A DNA stretch of 63,909 bases, counting the filler, from Klebsormidium nitens (Eukaryota; Plantae; Klebsormidiophyceae): assembly GCA_000708835.1 (NCBI GenBank). It is 6 parts of 6 records of this genome, joined end to end, with 100 filler letters (N's around TTAATTAATTAA, not from the genome) between each part and the next. Parts side by side here need not be neighbours in the genome. Positions count along the whole stretch, not along the records: positions 41,879 to 61,111 come from DF237938.1; positions 61,212 to 63,909 come from DF238649.1; 4 more parts are not named here. The stretch is one strand, 5' to 3'. The notes under the pieces were generated by a model. The model had not been told where the DNA came from and made no database searches. It was given only the letters and a program-made list of their open reading frames with translations. The translations under genes were made by a program, and so were the position numbers. Every line of letters starts with the position of its first letter. The first letter of the stretch is position 1. Positions 50,125 to 63,909 of this stretch are shown here, in pieces.

Positions 50125-53100
50125 ATGGCGGAAACCAAGGAAGAGGCTCCTGGTTCTGAAATGGACAGACGCACGGTTTTTGTCCGCAACCTTGCTTTCA
50201 ATACCACACAAGCTAAGGTGGGTATTCGTACGGCAGCCGGAAGCACACTCGCTTTTCTGCCTGGCCTGGAAATCTGCTCATCCAGCTTACCGAAGCATTT
50301 TATCGTACTGTGGGGATGGTTAATGGCTGCTGGCACTCAATCCATTGCGGTGACTACCCCCAATTGCTGGTCTTCTGCATCATTCTGGCCCGAAGTCAAA
50401 TGACGCAGCCACCATCATCGTGCCCAGTTGCCTGCTTGACCATTACCAAAAATGCTGGCAGCAACGCTACCAATGCATCCACTTGCAATGTGGTCAAATG
50501 TGCAGCCGTTCTTTTCCCCTTGCAGTTGGAGGAAGCGTTCTCAGCTGTGGGCCCAGTCCGCAAGTGCTTCCTGGTCAAGGACAAGGGGTCCGAGCAGCAC
50601 AAGGGCTTCGGCTTTGTGCAATTGTGAGCTGTGGGCATGCGGGCACCTCTGAGATCCGACAGATTGAAGTTCTCAGCTCGTTTTATGTAGTTTCCTCGGT
50701 CAGCAAGAGCTTGGACTTTTTTATTGTTCAAAGAATATCTATCTGCACGTGTTGTCTTTTCTCCCCGATCATTTCTTTCTCTCATCAAAGAATGTCGTTG
50801 GCTCTGTGATAATCTGTGGCGGAGATTTTGATTAATGAGACATACTTCTTGATCATGTTGATGAGGTTGTTGACTTTGCTTCTCTGATGCAGTGCCCTTG
50901 CTGAGGATGCCGAACGGGCAGTGGCCAGCAAGCAGGGGAGCAGCTTGGATGGAAGGACCATCAAGGTGGAGGTAGCCAAAAAGAGGGCGTCCTTTGAGGA
51001 GCGCAAAACCAAACGAAGGGAGCCAGGTAAGATCCAAATGTGTCACTAGAACAGCCACGTACTTCAAAGCAACATCAAAGGAGCAGGACTGAGACAAGTT
51101 GGAGCCTAATCCTTATGCCCAGAATGTCTCATAAGTGATACTTTGGGCAGTCACTTTCAAAGCTCAACAAGAAAAACTACCGCAAGATTATGTATTGCAC
51201 CACCATGCGAGTGAAGCTCATGCTGGTCAAGCACTGCTGCAATGCTGCCTGTGACGTGCTTGCCGTTCCTGGCCCTATGCATGAAGCTGCTGCGCTCCTG
51301 CAATGCAGGCGAGCCTGCTCCGGGCTTCAAGAAGGAGGAGGCCAGGCCCCCTGGTCCGCCAGAAGGAGCTCCGGAAACAGCGAGCAGGGCGGAGGGGGCC
51401 GCGCCAGAGGAGGAGGGAGCGCCACAGGTCGAGAAGGAGCCAAAGTGGAAAGCAAAGAAGGCTGCCCACGCTGCGGTTACTGAGACCGCCCAGGGACAGG
51501 AAGCGGGACAGAAGCCGGCTGCCAAACGCAAGCGCGATCGGGTGGAAGGGGCGCCCGCCAAGAAGCCAAAGCAGGAGGGGCATGTCTCAGAGAAGCAGAA
51601 GTGAGTCAGCAGCGTCCGCCAGCAACATGGACGTTTGCAGAAACTTGGCTGTGATGAACGGTCGTGGGAAGGTCATTCCGTGAGCATGTGTGACGTAGAT
51701 TTCCGCTGTGTTTTTGAGGCCGCACTCCCCATGGTCCAGGGCGCTGGCATGAAGGGGTGGCTTCTCACTTGCCTTATGGACGACCCTGTTAATAACTGGT
51801 GCCGGCTTTATTGTAAAAGGAATTGCTTCTGTGGGCTTATTCTGTTCGTGTCAAGCGCTGCAGGCCGGCGCGCACGGTGGTGTTTGGGAACCTGGCGACC
51901 CCCAAAGTTGTCGCTGCGGTGGTGGCCAAGGTGCGCGCCCTGGGCCAGCTGGAGGAGCTGCGCGAGAGCCTGCCCGACCAAGACCTGGAAAACAACAGTG
52001 AGCGCCTGACCCACGCTGGCCCGCCGCGAGCTCGCGGCGAGTCCCCTGTTCGTTTTGGAAGCTGTAGGGGCTCATGTTTGGAGACTGGCTGCAGGCCCCC
52101 CTTGGTGTCCAAGCTGTGCATGAAATATGCTTCGGAACCTCAACAGTACTGCCGTTGAGTGACTGGTTGGGAGGCATCCTCCAAGGGTCTCAGTCTGTCT
52201 GCCGGCTGCAGGTCTGGCCAAGGATGGCTGCACAGCGCCCGCTGCCTTGGCGGTGTTCCAGTCAGTGCGTGCAGCCCGGGCTGCTGTGGCGGCGTTGCAC
52301 GGGCAGAAGGTGGCGGGAGAGGTGGTGTGGGCCAGGGAGCTCGGGGGTGAGGTGAGGCCACGACTCAGACCCCTGGGGATGAACGGCTGGCAAGAAGGGT
52401 CTGGGAGTATGGCCTCATACGAGCCACGGAGCCTCAACATGATGCTGAAGGGACCTTCCGGTTAAGGGTTTAATGCCTGCCTTTTCTGTGCTTTGGTCGA
52501 AAGGTAATCACGTGACTGTTCTGACCATATTTGAAGAAGGGAATCGAAGAGTGAGATACCTCGTGAGAGGGCTGTCAAGTTGTCATCTGGCAAAATGTGT
52601 GTTTTCTGTGGCAGGGCGCCAAGCTGAAGAAGTGGCGCCTGATTGTGCGCAACCTGGCATTCCAAGCCAAGGAGTCAGCGCTGCGAGACCTCTTCTCCCA
52701 GGCCGGCTTCGTGTGGCAGCTCACAATGCCGCGCAATCCGGAAGGCAGGTCAGTGCTGCAAAGCCCCGCTGGAGCGCCTGCCTCCGGTCACATGGGCGTC
52801 GGTTGTGAAGTAGGGTCGCTGTCGTGTCAGGCCAAGTTTGTGGTCGACAAGGATTTCTTATGCGAAATTAGTCGTTGACATCCAAATATCTGCCGGCAAC
52901 CATGGAATGTGCACATTCTCAGAAACGAGCAGCTTTTGAGCAAGCATTAGTTGCCAATATGCTGCTTTGCCAAAGATGTTTTAACTCCCGAGTTGTGGTC
53001 TTTCATATTTCAAGAATGGCTGTTGACGTGAGATTTCTGGCACAGGCTGCGTGGCTTCGCTTTCGTGGGCTACACCAGCAAGGCGGATGCAGAGAAGGTG

Positions 53101-56100
53101 GGCCACCCTCCCTGCGGCAGAGCAGTCACACAGCTCCGCCTTGGAACCTTGCTAAAGAAGCAGTTGCTCCTCAAATTCTTCGACATGGCTTCTTCTCCTT
53201 CCTATCTCGTTACCAGAAGACGCTGGGAACCTGTGCAAAGGGCCCGTTGGAGTTATTTGACCCAAGCTCCAAGTTTACGAGTTCCTCCTCACCTGGACTC
53301 TGTATACCCAAGTAGCGGTTTCTGGTTTGCACTTGTTTTTCGCACCTCACCGTTTCTAACCGCCACTGTATGCTTGTAGGCCATCGCCTCTCTAAACGGA
53401 GCCAAGATCAGCGGGCGTCCAGTGGTGGTCGATTGGGCGGTGGCCAAGAGCCAGTACGAGGCGCACGTGGCTCAAACGCAAGAGCAGGAGCCAGGTGCGG
53501 GGCCGGGCAAAAGACCAAGAGGACAGGCGGTCTCCCTGTCGATATTGTTCTCGAGCGAACTTCTGTCGGCACCTCCGACGACAATGTTGCTTCTTTCTTT
53601 TGCCCCCAGGACTTTGGACAATGTCGGACGCTTGGAGAAGCATGCTGATTGTGTCTGTATGCTCTCTGCAGTGGGTGAGGAGGATGGCGCCGCGGGGCTC
53701 GGCAATGATGACGGCGCAGAGAGCAGCGATGAAGACTCGTATGATCGGGAGGCAGCAGGAGGTGCGCCGGACAGTGAAGAAGAGGGAGTCAGTGACGAGG
53801 AGGGGGACCAGGAAGGAAACGACACTGCGGCGGATGGTCGGACAGGAAAGGCGGAGGATGAAGGCGCCATCATGCGGAAGGTGTTAGCAGGGGTAATGCA
53901 GGACGATGAAGGGGGCACAGAGGCGGCGGAGGCGGGGGCAGGGGTGGCCTTGGAGGATGACGAAGGTGAGGGCCAGGAGGACTGCAGGATGCGAGCGGGG
54001 CCCTCTTCATGTCGTCAGAATAGTTTGTCCAAAGTCAGTCGCAATCATCCAAGTTCTCAAAGCTCAGCCGATTGCTCTCAGGCTGACAGTATCACCTGTT
54101 TCGCAAAGGCCACATCATTGCTTCCACCTCAGCTCGAACCTGGTCAGCTCTGGCTCAACCACGCTTAGAGAACCGTACGCCACACTGGTGTGCGTGCAGA
54201 CGACCCCCATGCTGCACGGCGGGCGCTGTCCCGAGCTGCTGGGCCGCGACCCAAAGAGAACGGCGTTGCAGCTCAGAAGGCCCCCGCCCAACCGGCTGCG
54301 GCGCGCACGGAGCGGGCGCCCCCGTGGCGGTTTTGTGCGGGGCCTGCCGTTGGACGTGGACGCGAACGAGGTCCGCCGCAAGCTGGCAGCGTTCGGGATG
54401 GTGACGTCATGCCGCCTGGTGAAACATAAGCTGACGGGCAGGGCCAAGGGGACTGCGTTCGTTGACTTTGCCGCCAAGGAGGGTGAGGCATGGCCCCGCA
54501 CGTCAGCGTATGCGATGAAACTGTTATCTCATGTCATATGCAGTTGCTCGTGCTCACCAAGCGGCCGTATCGAAGCTTTGGCAGACAAAGCGAAGCTCCA
54601 GAACTGTGGTCGCGGTCACACCTGGAACAAGCCCCTGCATTCTCTGAAGTCTCCGGGTTGTTGGTTGATTTTGTCTATGGCCTCACCGCTATTTTGCTCG
54701 TCAAGTTTGTCGCTGTTTCGACGTGCAAGCTTGTCTGCCGTTGCGATTGGAGTGTGATGGCAATAGGTGGTGCCTGCAAGTTGTCACCTGCGTACTCCTT
54801 TCTCGGATTCGGAAGAGGCACGTTTGTTGCAATTGAAGCGCCAGCCAGTATGCGGATTTCCAGGCACCTCATGGCTCGAACGAGGCTTTTATGCCTGAAG
54901 GTGTTTGAGTGGCAAGCGTTCTTAGGTCGCCCTGCCGTCTGGTCCTGTATTAATACATTGTCGGACTAGGTTATGAAGCTGATTTACTCCCAGAATTCGC
55001 TCGTTCATCGTCAGACGCCCTGTCCCGTGGCTGTCACAGGCGCGGAGGCCGCCGTGGCCGCCAGCAAGGCGGCGAGCGGAGCGGGGCTGGTGATTGGGGG
55101 CAAGAGCGTGGTGGCCGACCTGGCGGTGGGCAAGGAGGAGGCCAAGGACATGGCCGTCGGGCTGGCCGTCAGCGTGCGCGACAAGGACAAGAGGAACCTC
55201 TACCTCGCAGAGGTGGGGGCACCGCACAACACAACGGGCGGAGAAGCGTGCGCAGCAGAGATAGCCGACGGCTCTGTCACTGCCCTCGTATGTTGCCATA
55301 CCGCAGATTGCGACCGGCCGTGTCTGCCCCTCAATGCGTGTGTGGATTTGCTGCCCATTTTCAGAGCTCCTGTGCTGACTGCGCGTGTGGCTGTGCTGGC
55401 AGGAGGGCGCCATCAAGGACGGAACCGCTGCCGCCGCAGAAATGTCGAAAGCAGATGCTGCCAGGCGGCAAAGGTGAAGCACCGCATGGCTTGTAACTTG
55501 CAAACCGCATCATCCGAATCTTCGCTGTCGGACCCTGCCGCTTTCTTGGCAGTTCCTTTGTGGCACGCTGTAAGGCCCCTCGTCTCAAACAATGATATTC
55601 ACTGTTGAGTCACACGTATCCTGTCTGGACCAGGCTGGCGGCTGAGAAGGCGACCAAGCTGCGGAGCCCCAACTTCTTCGTGTCGCCGACAAGGCTGGCG
55701 GTGCACAACGTGCCTAAGGATCTCGACGAGAAGTCCCTCAAGCAGATTGTGATCACCGCCGTCAAGCAGCGCGCCTCCAAGCAGACGCCGCACCTCAAGC
55801 AGGTCAGGGCCGCCCATGCGTGGTCGTGCTGTCTGGAAACAACCGTTTCCAGAGCCCAAGACAAAAGTGCCAGTCGTAGTGACCGCTGCAGAGCGCTGTT
55901 TTTGGATTCTTGCTCGTCTCGCTGACTAGTGAGATGGTTTCTGGGCGTTAAACAGCTGCTGTTCGACGCCTTTGGCGGTCCGCGACCTGAACGCCCTCGT
56001 GCTTTTGAGTGTCCGCAGGTGAAGATCCTGCGCGAGGACAGCAAAGGCGAGAAAGGCGGCCCCAGCAAGTCGCGCGGGGCCGCTTTCGTGGAGTTCACGG

Positions 56101-57249
56101 AGCATCAGCACGCCCTGGTGGCCCTGCGCGCGCTCAACAACAACCCGGGTGCGCACCTCGCCCGTCATGGCAGCCGCTGCTGCTCCTGCTCATAGCCCTC
56201 CTGAACCGTATATGTTTTCAACAATCGGCGACCGCGCAGACAAGCTTTTTCTTGAAGATTGGATGCCTCGCGCTACTTCCTATTCCGAAAGTAAGCTTTG
56301 GAGAAGAGCGTCTTCTGAAGATGCATGTCCGGTGTGTGCTACAGGTCCCTTTGGCGTGGAGCACCGGCCCATCGTGGAGTTCGCCATCGAGAACCGGCTC
56401 AAGCTGCGGCAGCGCGAGATGCAGCAGGCCAGGAGGGCGGCCCCGCACAATAGGTAAGAAACGAGGCATACTGCTGAGGCGGCATTCGGGCTGCAGTTGT
56501 TCTGGGTTCAGAGGGGCGTCTGTCGATACTGATATAATTGATTCGTTAGATTGGAAAACCGTGGATCTCCGTTCGAAGATTGATGGCAATCGCTAGTGCG
56601 AGGAAGCAGGCTCTCCGTCCAAGGTGGAGCGCACCGCTGCACGCCGGTAGCATTGCAGGTCGCTGACTCGATTGCCATGCGCTGTGACTGCAGGAAGGAA
56701 GATGCGGAGGCTCAAAAAGACGGGGAGAAGGAGATGACGCGGGAAGAGCGCAAGCGGAAGCGGCGGGAGGAGAAGAGGAAAGACAAGAAGGAAGAGCGGT
56801 TAAGGAAGAAGCAGCAAGGGAGCATTCAGCCGGCAGGGGACACGGAAGGGGCTGGGCAGGAGGGCGGTCCCGCGGCAGGCAGGCAGGGGAAGAAGCGGAA
56901 GCGGGAGGCAAACGGCAGCGGTGCACGGGAACAAGGGGACGGGGGCGGGAAGGCAGGACCGGGGAGGCCCGCGGTGGCCAGTCGAAAGCCAGTGCAGCGG
57001 GAACCTGGTCAGGACTTGGCGAAGACTCTGGGCCTGCCAGAAGGGGAGCGAAGGAAGAAGGGGGAGAAGCCGCTGAGCCGCAAGGAGCGGAAGAAGGCGC
57101 AAGGAGGCGGGGGAGAGGACCGGCTGGACCGGCTGGTGGCGGAGTACAAGAGCAAGTACTTCCAGGGAGGGGGGTCCCCGGCGGGCAGCAAGGCAGCACA
57201 GCCAATCAAAGCGCTGATCGCCCAAGACCTCAGCCGGTGGTATGAATGA
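50125..57249 (+). CDS. RBM28: Four-RRM nucleolar protein RBM28/Nop4, multi-exon; apparent 1-nt frameshift near 54331
   Basis: [54 protein letters not shown]...[72 protein letters not shown], and a terminal DLSRWYE. Confidence 0.9.
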
Positions 57250-58454
57250 GCAGAACCGTTTCCGCGGGTACCCGCTTACATCTTGCCGAAGGGGTCTTGT
57301 TTAGCCAGCACTGGCGAATCTGGGCCGCTTTTTCCGGCCGCTCTGAAGTACCAGCGCGCTTAAGACGCAAAAGATCGCCGTCAGCTTCTTCTAGCTTCAA
57401 CAATCATGAACTTCGCGCATGGACTGCCTCCGGGTACTTATTGTCACTGTTCAGTCATGATTCTAGCGCAGAAGCGAGTCATGCCTTTCTTTTGCAACGT
57501 ATGTCGTATTTTATCGAGGTGGGTAATCGGTGGCGGGTAGTGAGGGCGTTCTCGTTGTTTCTCGATGGTCTGCCATGTGAAAACCATGGGCTCAAAATGA
57601 GTTCTGCGCACATATCTCTCTATGACGAAGCAGCAGCTCAATGGTACCAAGCTCGGTCTGCCCCAACCGGGAATGGCATCGAGCTCAGACCTTGAATGTG
57701 ATCGAATGATGGAACAAAAACCCGAGCCCGCAATTGCCTTGCTGAGAGTGTGAATATGCACGTACACGTCATAACATTGATGCTTGATATACTTGAGCAT
57801 GAGCCGCCGATGCCATGTGCATGATGTTCTCTTTTCAAACGCCGTAGCCACATGGGCCATAGGCTTCCATGGCATACATGGGAATAAATGTTTTGAGTTC
57901 TGAGCGCCTAGCTACCTCCCAAATCTTGGTGTGCTACATTAGTACATACCTAGTTGATGATGATCATCTGGCACTCATGCATCTAACACACATGGGAAAG
58001 CTCTCGACCTTTCCGCTGCACCATGCTCTTACATGATGATGCTTGCAATCACGCATGTATAGCTGTCCATTGCCCCGAAGCACAATCGCAGGCATCTGTA
58101 CTGGCATGTACTATTAACATGCATATGCAGGTTGAGTTGTTTCGAGACAGTCCTTGAGCTCAATCTTCTGGCTGCCATGAAGACGAATCTTTTGCTTGAG
58201 AGATTAAGTGAAAAGGCTGATGTGTGACACAGATAACACACAGTGCATGTGCGGGGGCCATGCGTGTAGAGATTGATGTTACATATTCATGCAGTAAGCT
58301 CTCCCACGCTTGCATTACACCATCATACCACCACATCAGGCCATACGTCGCAGAAGTAGACTGCCAAATTCTCCAACGAGCATATACAGGTTTCTTTCCA
58401 GGAGTTCTTCTCCCGCGCCAAGATAGCAAGCTAGAACGTTCTCGAGACACGCAC

Positions 58455-60283
58455 CTAGAAGAGCTGGGCACCCTTACCCTTCTTGTCACCACCAATTTCG
58501 AAGTGCTTGCACCTCTGTACCACAACAGAAGGAGCTGGTAAATGATTTAAGAACCATGCGGGGACTCTTAGTCACTGAACAGCGGACACCATTCCAGAAG
58601 TGTATGGGAAAGAAGGTTGACAATGTAGAACACTACCTTGACCCAAAGCAAGAAGAGCCAAAGGGCTGATGCAGCCAAAAGACAAGCAGGCTTCTTTTGC
58701 TTACCTTGAGTGAATGTTGGGTTACGTGCTTGCAGGTCTGGCACTGCAACCTCAGAACAATCTTCTTTGTGGTTTTTGCCTGCATGGTGATACCGTTGAA
58801 TATCAGAGATGGGACAACTCTTGACCGGCATCGGGCTCTTTTGTGAGTGAGCCAGCTCACAGCCTGCTCAGTCCAACATTATCTTGAGAAAGCAGCTCTC
58901 AGTCCACGCTTCCAGGCTTCAGTGGACCATAGACTTCTTGAACTTGTAGCCCCTCAGGCAACGTAAAACGAACAACCTTCCCGTTTGTGGAAGAAACTAT
59001 CGCCCGCACTGACCAGTACTTTCATGAACTTGGGAAGCTTTCAGTACGCCGCCGGTTCAATTCAATTCCAGCCAATAAGCGGTCAAGCATCGTCAAAGAA
59101 CCAATGAGAGTGTCGCTATGGTGTTTCAGCTACGTACGGCTAAAGACCGCAATTTCGATATATGTTATGTGCCTGCCGGTTAGTGCAGTCACTGCTTCAA
59201 CTCCGCTATACGGCCCTCTTCTGGTCTGAATCGGTTGGTGGCCCTCTGAGCTTATCAAAGGACAAGACGGAATGAAACACACACTTTCTCGGCCTTGCAG
59301 ACAGGGCCCACGGACCAGGTTGACAAGTGGTCGCAACGTGGGGTTGCCAGCAACCTTGCTAACACTGGTCCGAGACAAACTGATTGCGAAACGTGCTCGT
59401 TTATTCTGTCAATGATTCCTTGTTCCAACCCCACTTCTTCAATCGGCACTTCACTCGATAGCCAGGACACCGCAATGGCCAAACCCTAACCATCACTGGC
59501 AAGTCGCTCTACTGGCATGTTGCTCTGAAGCCCGCAAGCGGGCTGCTGTAACTGACCCCAATGTGCTTCAGATCATCGACTCAGTATAAACTACATACTT
59601 GTATCGGAGTCACATCCAGACACGGTAGAACCCGTATCATATAAGAAGAGATGCTCAACAACCGAACTGGCAAGGAATCAGCTGACGGCGGCTTTCTTCA
59701 CTTCCAGTCCAGAAACAGGCCCGAGCTGTAAACACCATTACCGCCACAGAAAGGAAAGAGCAGAGAACTTATTCACGAGGAACATACCTTCTTGTGGAAC
59801 ACGGGCTTGGTCTGCCCTCCGAACCCAGACTGCTTCCTGTCATACCGCCTCTTCCCCTGGGCATACAAACTATCCTTGCCCTTCTTGTACTGCGTGACCT
59901 TGTGCAGGGTGTGCTTTGAGCACTCCTTTGAATTGCAAAAGGACTTCTTGGTCTTTGGAACGTTCACCTGCAACGCGACGGGACTGAAAACTGAGCAACG
60001 CACCAACCCCGCGGGCCTGCAGGACATCTAAGATTACTACAATCAAGCACAATCCAGCAAAAGTGTTCTAAGACGGCGATTGCTTGCCCCTTCCTGTCAT
60101 CTCTGACAAAACTCAAATTGCAAACCGTTCAAGCCCCGTAAAACCAGATACAGGTACTCCCAAATCGCAAGCACCCTCAAGCGCGCTCAACAAAATCAGC
60201 ATCTCAGGTTTGCAGCTTATATCTTGGAAAATCACGCAAACTCCTGTGTAAGCAATCAGATTCCATCTCACAGGACTTACCAT
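58455..60283 (-). CDS. RPL36A: 60S ribosomal protein eL42 (L36a/L44), 4 exons, 105 aa
   Basis: Exons 60281-60283 (ATG), 59788-59967, 58705-58779 and 58455-58514 give [105 protein letters not shown]. Confidence 0.97.
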
Positions 60284-61211
60284 GGTTGCCCCAGGTGCGG
60301 AAACCCTCCCGAGCGATCTGAAGTAGCTCACAAGCGCCCCGAGCTCGCCGGGCCCAAGGGAAGAGACAAGCAGAAAAGAGGACGATGCAAAGCTCTGTTT
60401 CATGCTTGAGTCTCATCACGGTAACCATTACCACTACGAGTCACGTCCCGCGACCAGACCGGGCCCGGCGAGCTCCTAGACCGGGCGGCGGGCGGCTACG
60501 TAGCCCCCCGGGGTGTCATATTTGCTTGCTCGGCGAACTTCCAGGACCCAGCCGCAAAGTCCGGTATGCACAGAGGGCGCAAACGCCAGGTAAAAGTTGC
60601 CAGATAGCAAAATGGGAAGTCGAGATTTCTTTCGCGTATGAAGTGCCCACAAGTTCAAATTGGTTTGAATAGGCATCAATAAGGTATGTACCAATTTCCG
60701 CCAAAAATCCTAAGCGTTTGACCCCCCTCCAAAAGCCACGAATAATGGCAATTTAGCTGGTGAAATGGGACATATGGTCATATACGCCACCATACGAAGG
60801 GCACCGCCGGTGGCGGCACAAGTATGAAAGTGGTTTTGGAAGGGTCTTATGGTGTAGAAAGCACCTGCCAATTTCGGGTTTGCCCGCCCCCGGCGGTGCT
60901 CTTGATCTCTGCTAGCGAAGAACCGCTCACAAGCAACCCAAAATCGCTTTTGTCCCACGATAAGGATTTTGAGGCCCCACTGGCCACTGATCAGTGGTAG
61001 TGAGCCTAGGTTCAGCCCTTGAGTTGAGTCGAGGCTCGTCGACGGCGGTCAAATTGGGGCCCGAGTCAAATTCTCGGCGCCGAGCCGAGTAGGTCTCGAT
61101 CTCACGGTAAANNNNNNNNNNNNNNNNNNNNNNNNNNNNNNNNNNNNNNNNNNNNTTAATTAATTAANNNNNNNNNNNNNNNNNNNNNNNNNNNNNNNNN
61201 NNNNNNNNNNN

Positions 61212-63909
61212 AGCGTGACGCGCGCGTTTGGTCAGAAGGGGGGGCCAACTGCGCGCAAGGGAGGTCGGACGGAAGGGCGAACATTTCGGGTGACTGCTCG
61301 GAGCGGGGGGCGGGCACTGCACGCGACTGCTTGGACGTAGAGAGCGGCGGCGCGCGCGTCTGGTCGGAGGGCGGGGAGACGGGGCCCTCTGCAAGCAACA
61401 GAAATGTTTGAGTAGCAATTTGCCAAGCGATGACGGGATGCCAAAAGCAAGCTCGAAATACTTTCATTGTGAAATTGCCGACCAACCCCGAAATAGTGAG
61501 TGCGCCCAACAAGGCTTTACATAGCATCATCAAACACCTCTACCAAATTTGATTTGTACAACTAAGTGGACCTTGAAGACGTTTGCTCAGTTAGACGCTT
61601 AACACAGACTCGTAGAATTCTGAGGTTTGTAATCGCTAAGGTATGTGCTGGTCCTCCAGAGACACTGATCCAAGGGTTCGTCAAGAGAAGTACAATCTCC
61701 GGTTCGCCGCAACTGATGCAGGACTTATTCTTCAATTAAGCATTGCTTAAGCAACATACCTGCATCACGGGCTTGCTTGGCAAGCGCCTGCCGCTCCAGG
61801 ATTTCCTCTAGAGCCACAGCCTCTCGGTCCCTTTCGGTGGCCCCAGGCTCCTCAAGCGCTGCCGCCATCTCGAGTGCTTCCCGCACTTCAGGCGGCAGAT
61901 TGTCCGCGCCAAACCGCTCCTTCGTGGGAGGAGCCTTCTTCCACTCGGGGAACGGGTCGGGCCAGCCCATCTGACGGCAGACCGCTTGCATCTCCTCGAG
62001 GAGAAAGTGGTCGTTCATGCGGAAGTCCGGATCACCGCGGTTGGTGATGCCGCAGGTGATGTTCCAGCGGTAGTTGAAGATGGTGAGGAGCGCATCCGCC
62101 AGTTCCGGAGAGCAGTTGCCCCCGGAGAAGAGGCTGTTGAGGTGCTTGTGGTAGCCCTCAAGCTTCGACGTGCCGCGAATGCTCTTAAACTGGGGCATCG
62201 AGCCTGGCTTGCTGACGTCGTAATACATGTCCTCCACGCCCAACGGATCTGTTGAATGTCATGAACAAAATATGTTAGAATAAAACTCATTCCGCCTAGC
62301 CTTGATTTGAGGGCTTGGCATGGGACAGAAGCATCACTCTCATTGGACAAAGCAGACCCAATCACCAAGCAGACAGACCAAACACCACATCGGAAGTAGG
62401 ACTAGGCTTGACTTGGAAAAAGTTGGGTCGTATGAGCAATCACTAACTGGATTGTGACCAGCACGTGGCACATGCACAGGAGCATGAAGTAGAGAGGGGG
62501 GAGTGTCAGGGAGGATCCGAAAGAACCTCCGGCTTCAAAAAGAAGGTAACAAACGCAGACTGAAAGGATTCTGTCGAGTCAAAAGACCCAGGCAGCAACT
62601 TGTGGCAATTGCTTACCGCTCAAGGCTCCAGCCCGGACGAGCTTCAGTTGATTCTCATGCACCTTCTGCAGCTCCAGCGTCACCAAAGTCCTATCTCCAT
62701 TGTTCCCGTTCCCCCCCAACTCGTACTTCCTCATAACAGCATCCATTCGAGTTGCCAACACCTCCTTCGAAGGAATGGTCCTTCTACAGTGGATGTTCCA
62801 ACAGCTGTTCGGCTTGGCGTTGATCTCCTTTAACGTCAGCTTCTTGCGGGCATGCTGGAGAAGATGGTTCCGCAAGGTGCCTTTGTCCCCTGCCAAGTTT
62901 ATCACGAACATGGCGCCACTGAGGTCTCGCATGAAGTCACTTGCACAGGATTGATCCCAAGATTTCACTGCAAGATTCTTGAGTAAGCTAGTAGAGTGCA
63001 CACAGATCTTCTCATGAGCAATTTAACATTGCAGTCATGATACTTAACCCGGAGTGCACGCTGATCCAAACTACGAACAGGCATCACTTTCCATCCACAA
63101 CAGACCACTCGCTTGACGCAACACTCCAGTATTGCAGCTGAAGCCGACATTAACACTTGCACAGTTTGAAGCTTCACATAGGTAAGTAAGCCGAACCAGC
63201 ACTCGACCGTAGGTTGAACAACCTGCAATATCCATCAGAACTGGTTGTCCCTAACAAAATAAAGGACGGACTCACAGCCTTACCTTTCAGAGGGTGGCTG
63301 TCCGGGATCGCGTCGAAGTAACGAGCCATGCAGTGGGTGGCGTCCTCGAGTACTTGCTCGAGGGAGCTGAGGACGCAGTACAGATTGGCCGCATCCGACC
63401 GCGTGTTGTCAGTCCAGAAGAATCGAGGGAGCTGCAAGTCAAGGACTGCATGTCAGATGAATATTGTAAATACCGAAATCTGTAGGCTAGCATTGACAGA
63501 TTGTTGCATCTGAAGCAAGCAACCGCATCGTTTCCACAAAGCACTGTAACTCCATGGAGCTTGTTCCTACATCAATCAACCTTAAGTACTGTCCCGATCA
63601 TCCTCATACCCAGGATGTGCATTTGCATACAAGTCTGTGCCCGGTTGTCTCCATTGAAAAGCCATTCTGACAATTTTAAAAAGGGCAGACCTAGGGCTGC
63701 ATACTTTCAACAGGGAGGAACCACTGAGCTTCTGGCAGGACCACCAGCCACAGTGACAGGCGAGAGAGTGTAATTGGGGGTAAAACTTGCAAAGTAACCC
63801 TGCCATCCTCACCCGCTCTTGGAAGTGCTCCTCGTAGCGCTTCATCAGGTCGCGCAGTGAAGCGGCGCTGAACAGAATCGACTCGGGGTGAGAGAGATAC
63901 GGGCTGGAG
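61212..63909 (-). mobile_element. Spliced putative DDE transposase gene (Mutator-related, DUF6729-like family), partial at both ends
   Basis: Exon 63284-63431 (FFWTDN...VLEDATHCMARY...HPL), exon ending 62617 (DFMRDLSGAMF...CRRTIPSKEVL...QLKLVRAGALS), exon 61760-62248 (DPLGVEDMYY...RGTSKLEGYHKHLNSL...ALL..FNYRWN). Confidence 0.65.

Noticed and set aside
58839-58945. Possible intronic H/ACA snoRNA in RPL36A intron 2 (hairpin, AGATAA, ACA on the minus strand)
   Set aside because: The 3' hairpin is only about 34 nt and the lower stem is weak; it cannot be supported without a covariance model.
59481-59489. Telo-box AAACCCTAA in RPL36A
   Set aside because: Single short motif deep in intron 2, far from the start; chance occurrence is likely.

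Overview
This is eukaryotic, intron-rich (GT-AG), draft-assembly DNA with six N gaps; five of them are 100-nt spacers carrying a TTAATTAATTAA linker. The gene content and style suggest a green alga or early streptophyte such as Klebsormidium (inference only). The supplied ORF track mostly shows exon fragments, so genes were rebuilt by hand from splice sites. Host genes: a multi-exon coiled-coil gene (minus strand, running off the left edge), a 6-exon fluoride exporter FEX (5816-10323), an intronless F-box/LRR-like/ARM gene split by one frameshift (15980-19902), a tandem pair of decayed spliced paralogues, an unknown multi-exon gene (~42-46.5 kb), a truncated ELP3 pseudogene head-to-head with a 4-RRM RBM28/NOP4 gene, RPL36A/eL42, and a spliced DDE-type transposase-like gene at the right end. 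The main finding is the gap-bounded contig 28171-41778, which looks like a decaying giant-virus (Nucleocytoviricota) endogenous element. It carries densely packed intronless ORFs resembling a minor-capsid/penton-type protein, a tandem nucleotidyltransferase, a CoiA-like nuclease and an XPA-like protein. These are interleaved with spliced genes and interrupted by a Ty1/copia element that has both LTRs, PBS, PPT and a 5-bp TSD but no RT/RNase H. No rRNA, tRNA or CRISPR array was found. All family assignments come from motif recognition by eye, not from database searches.
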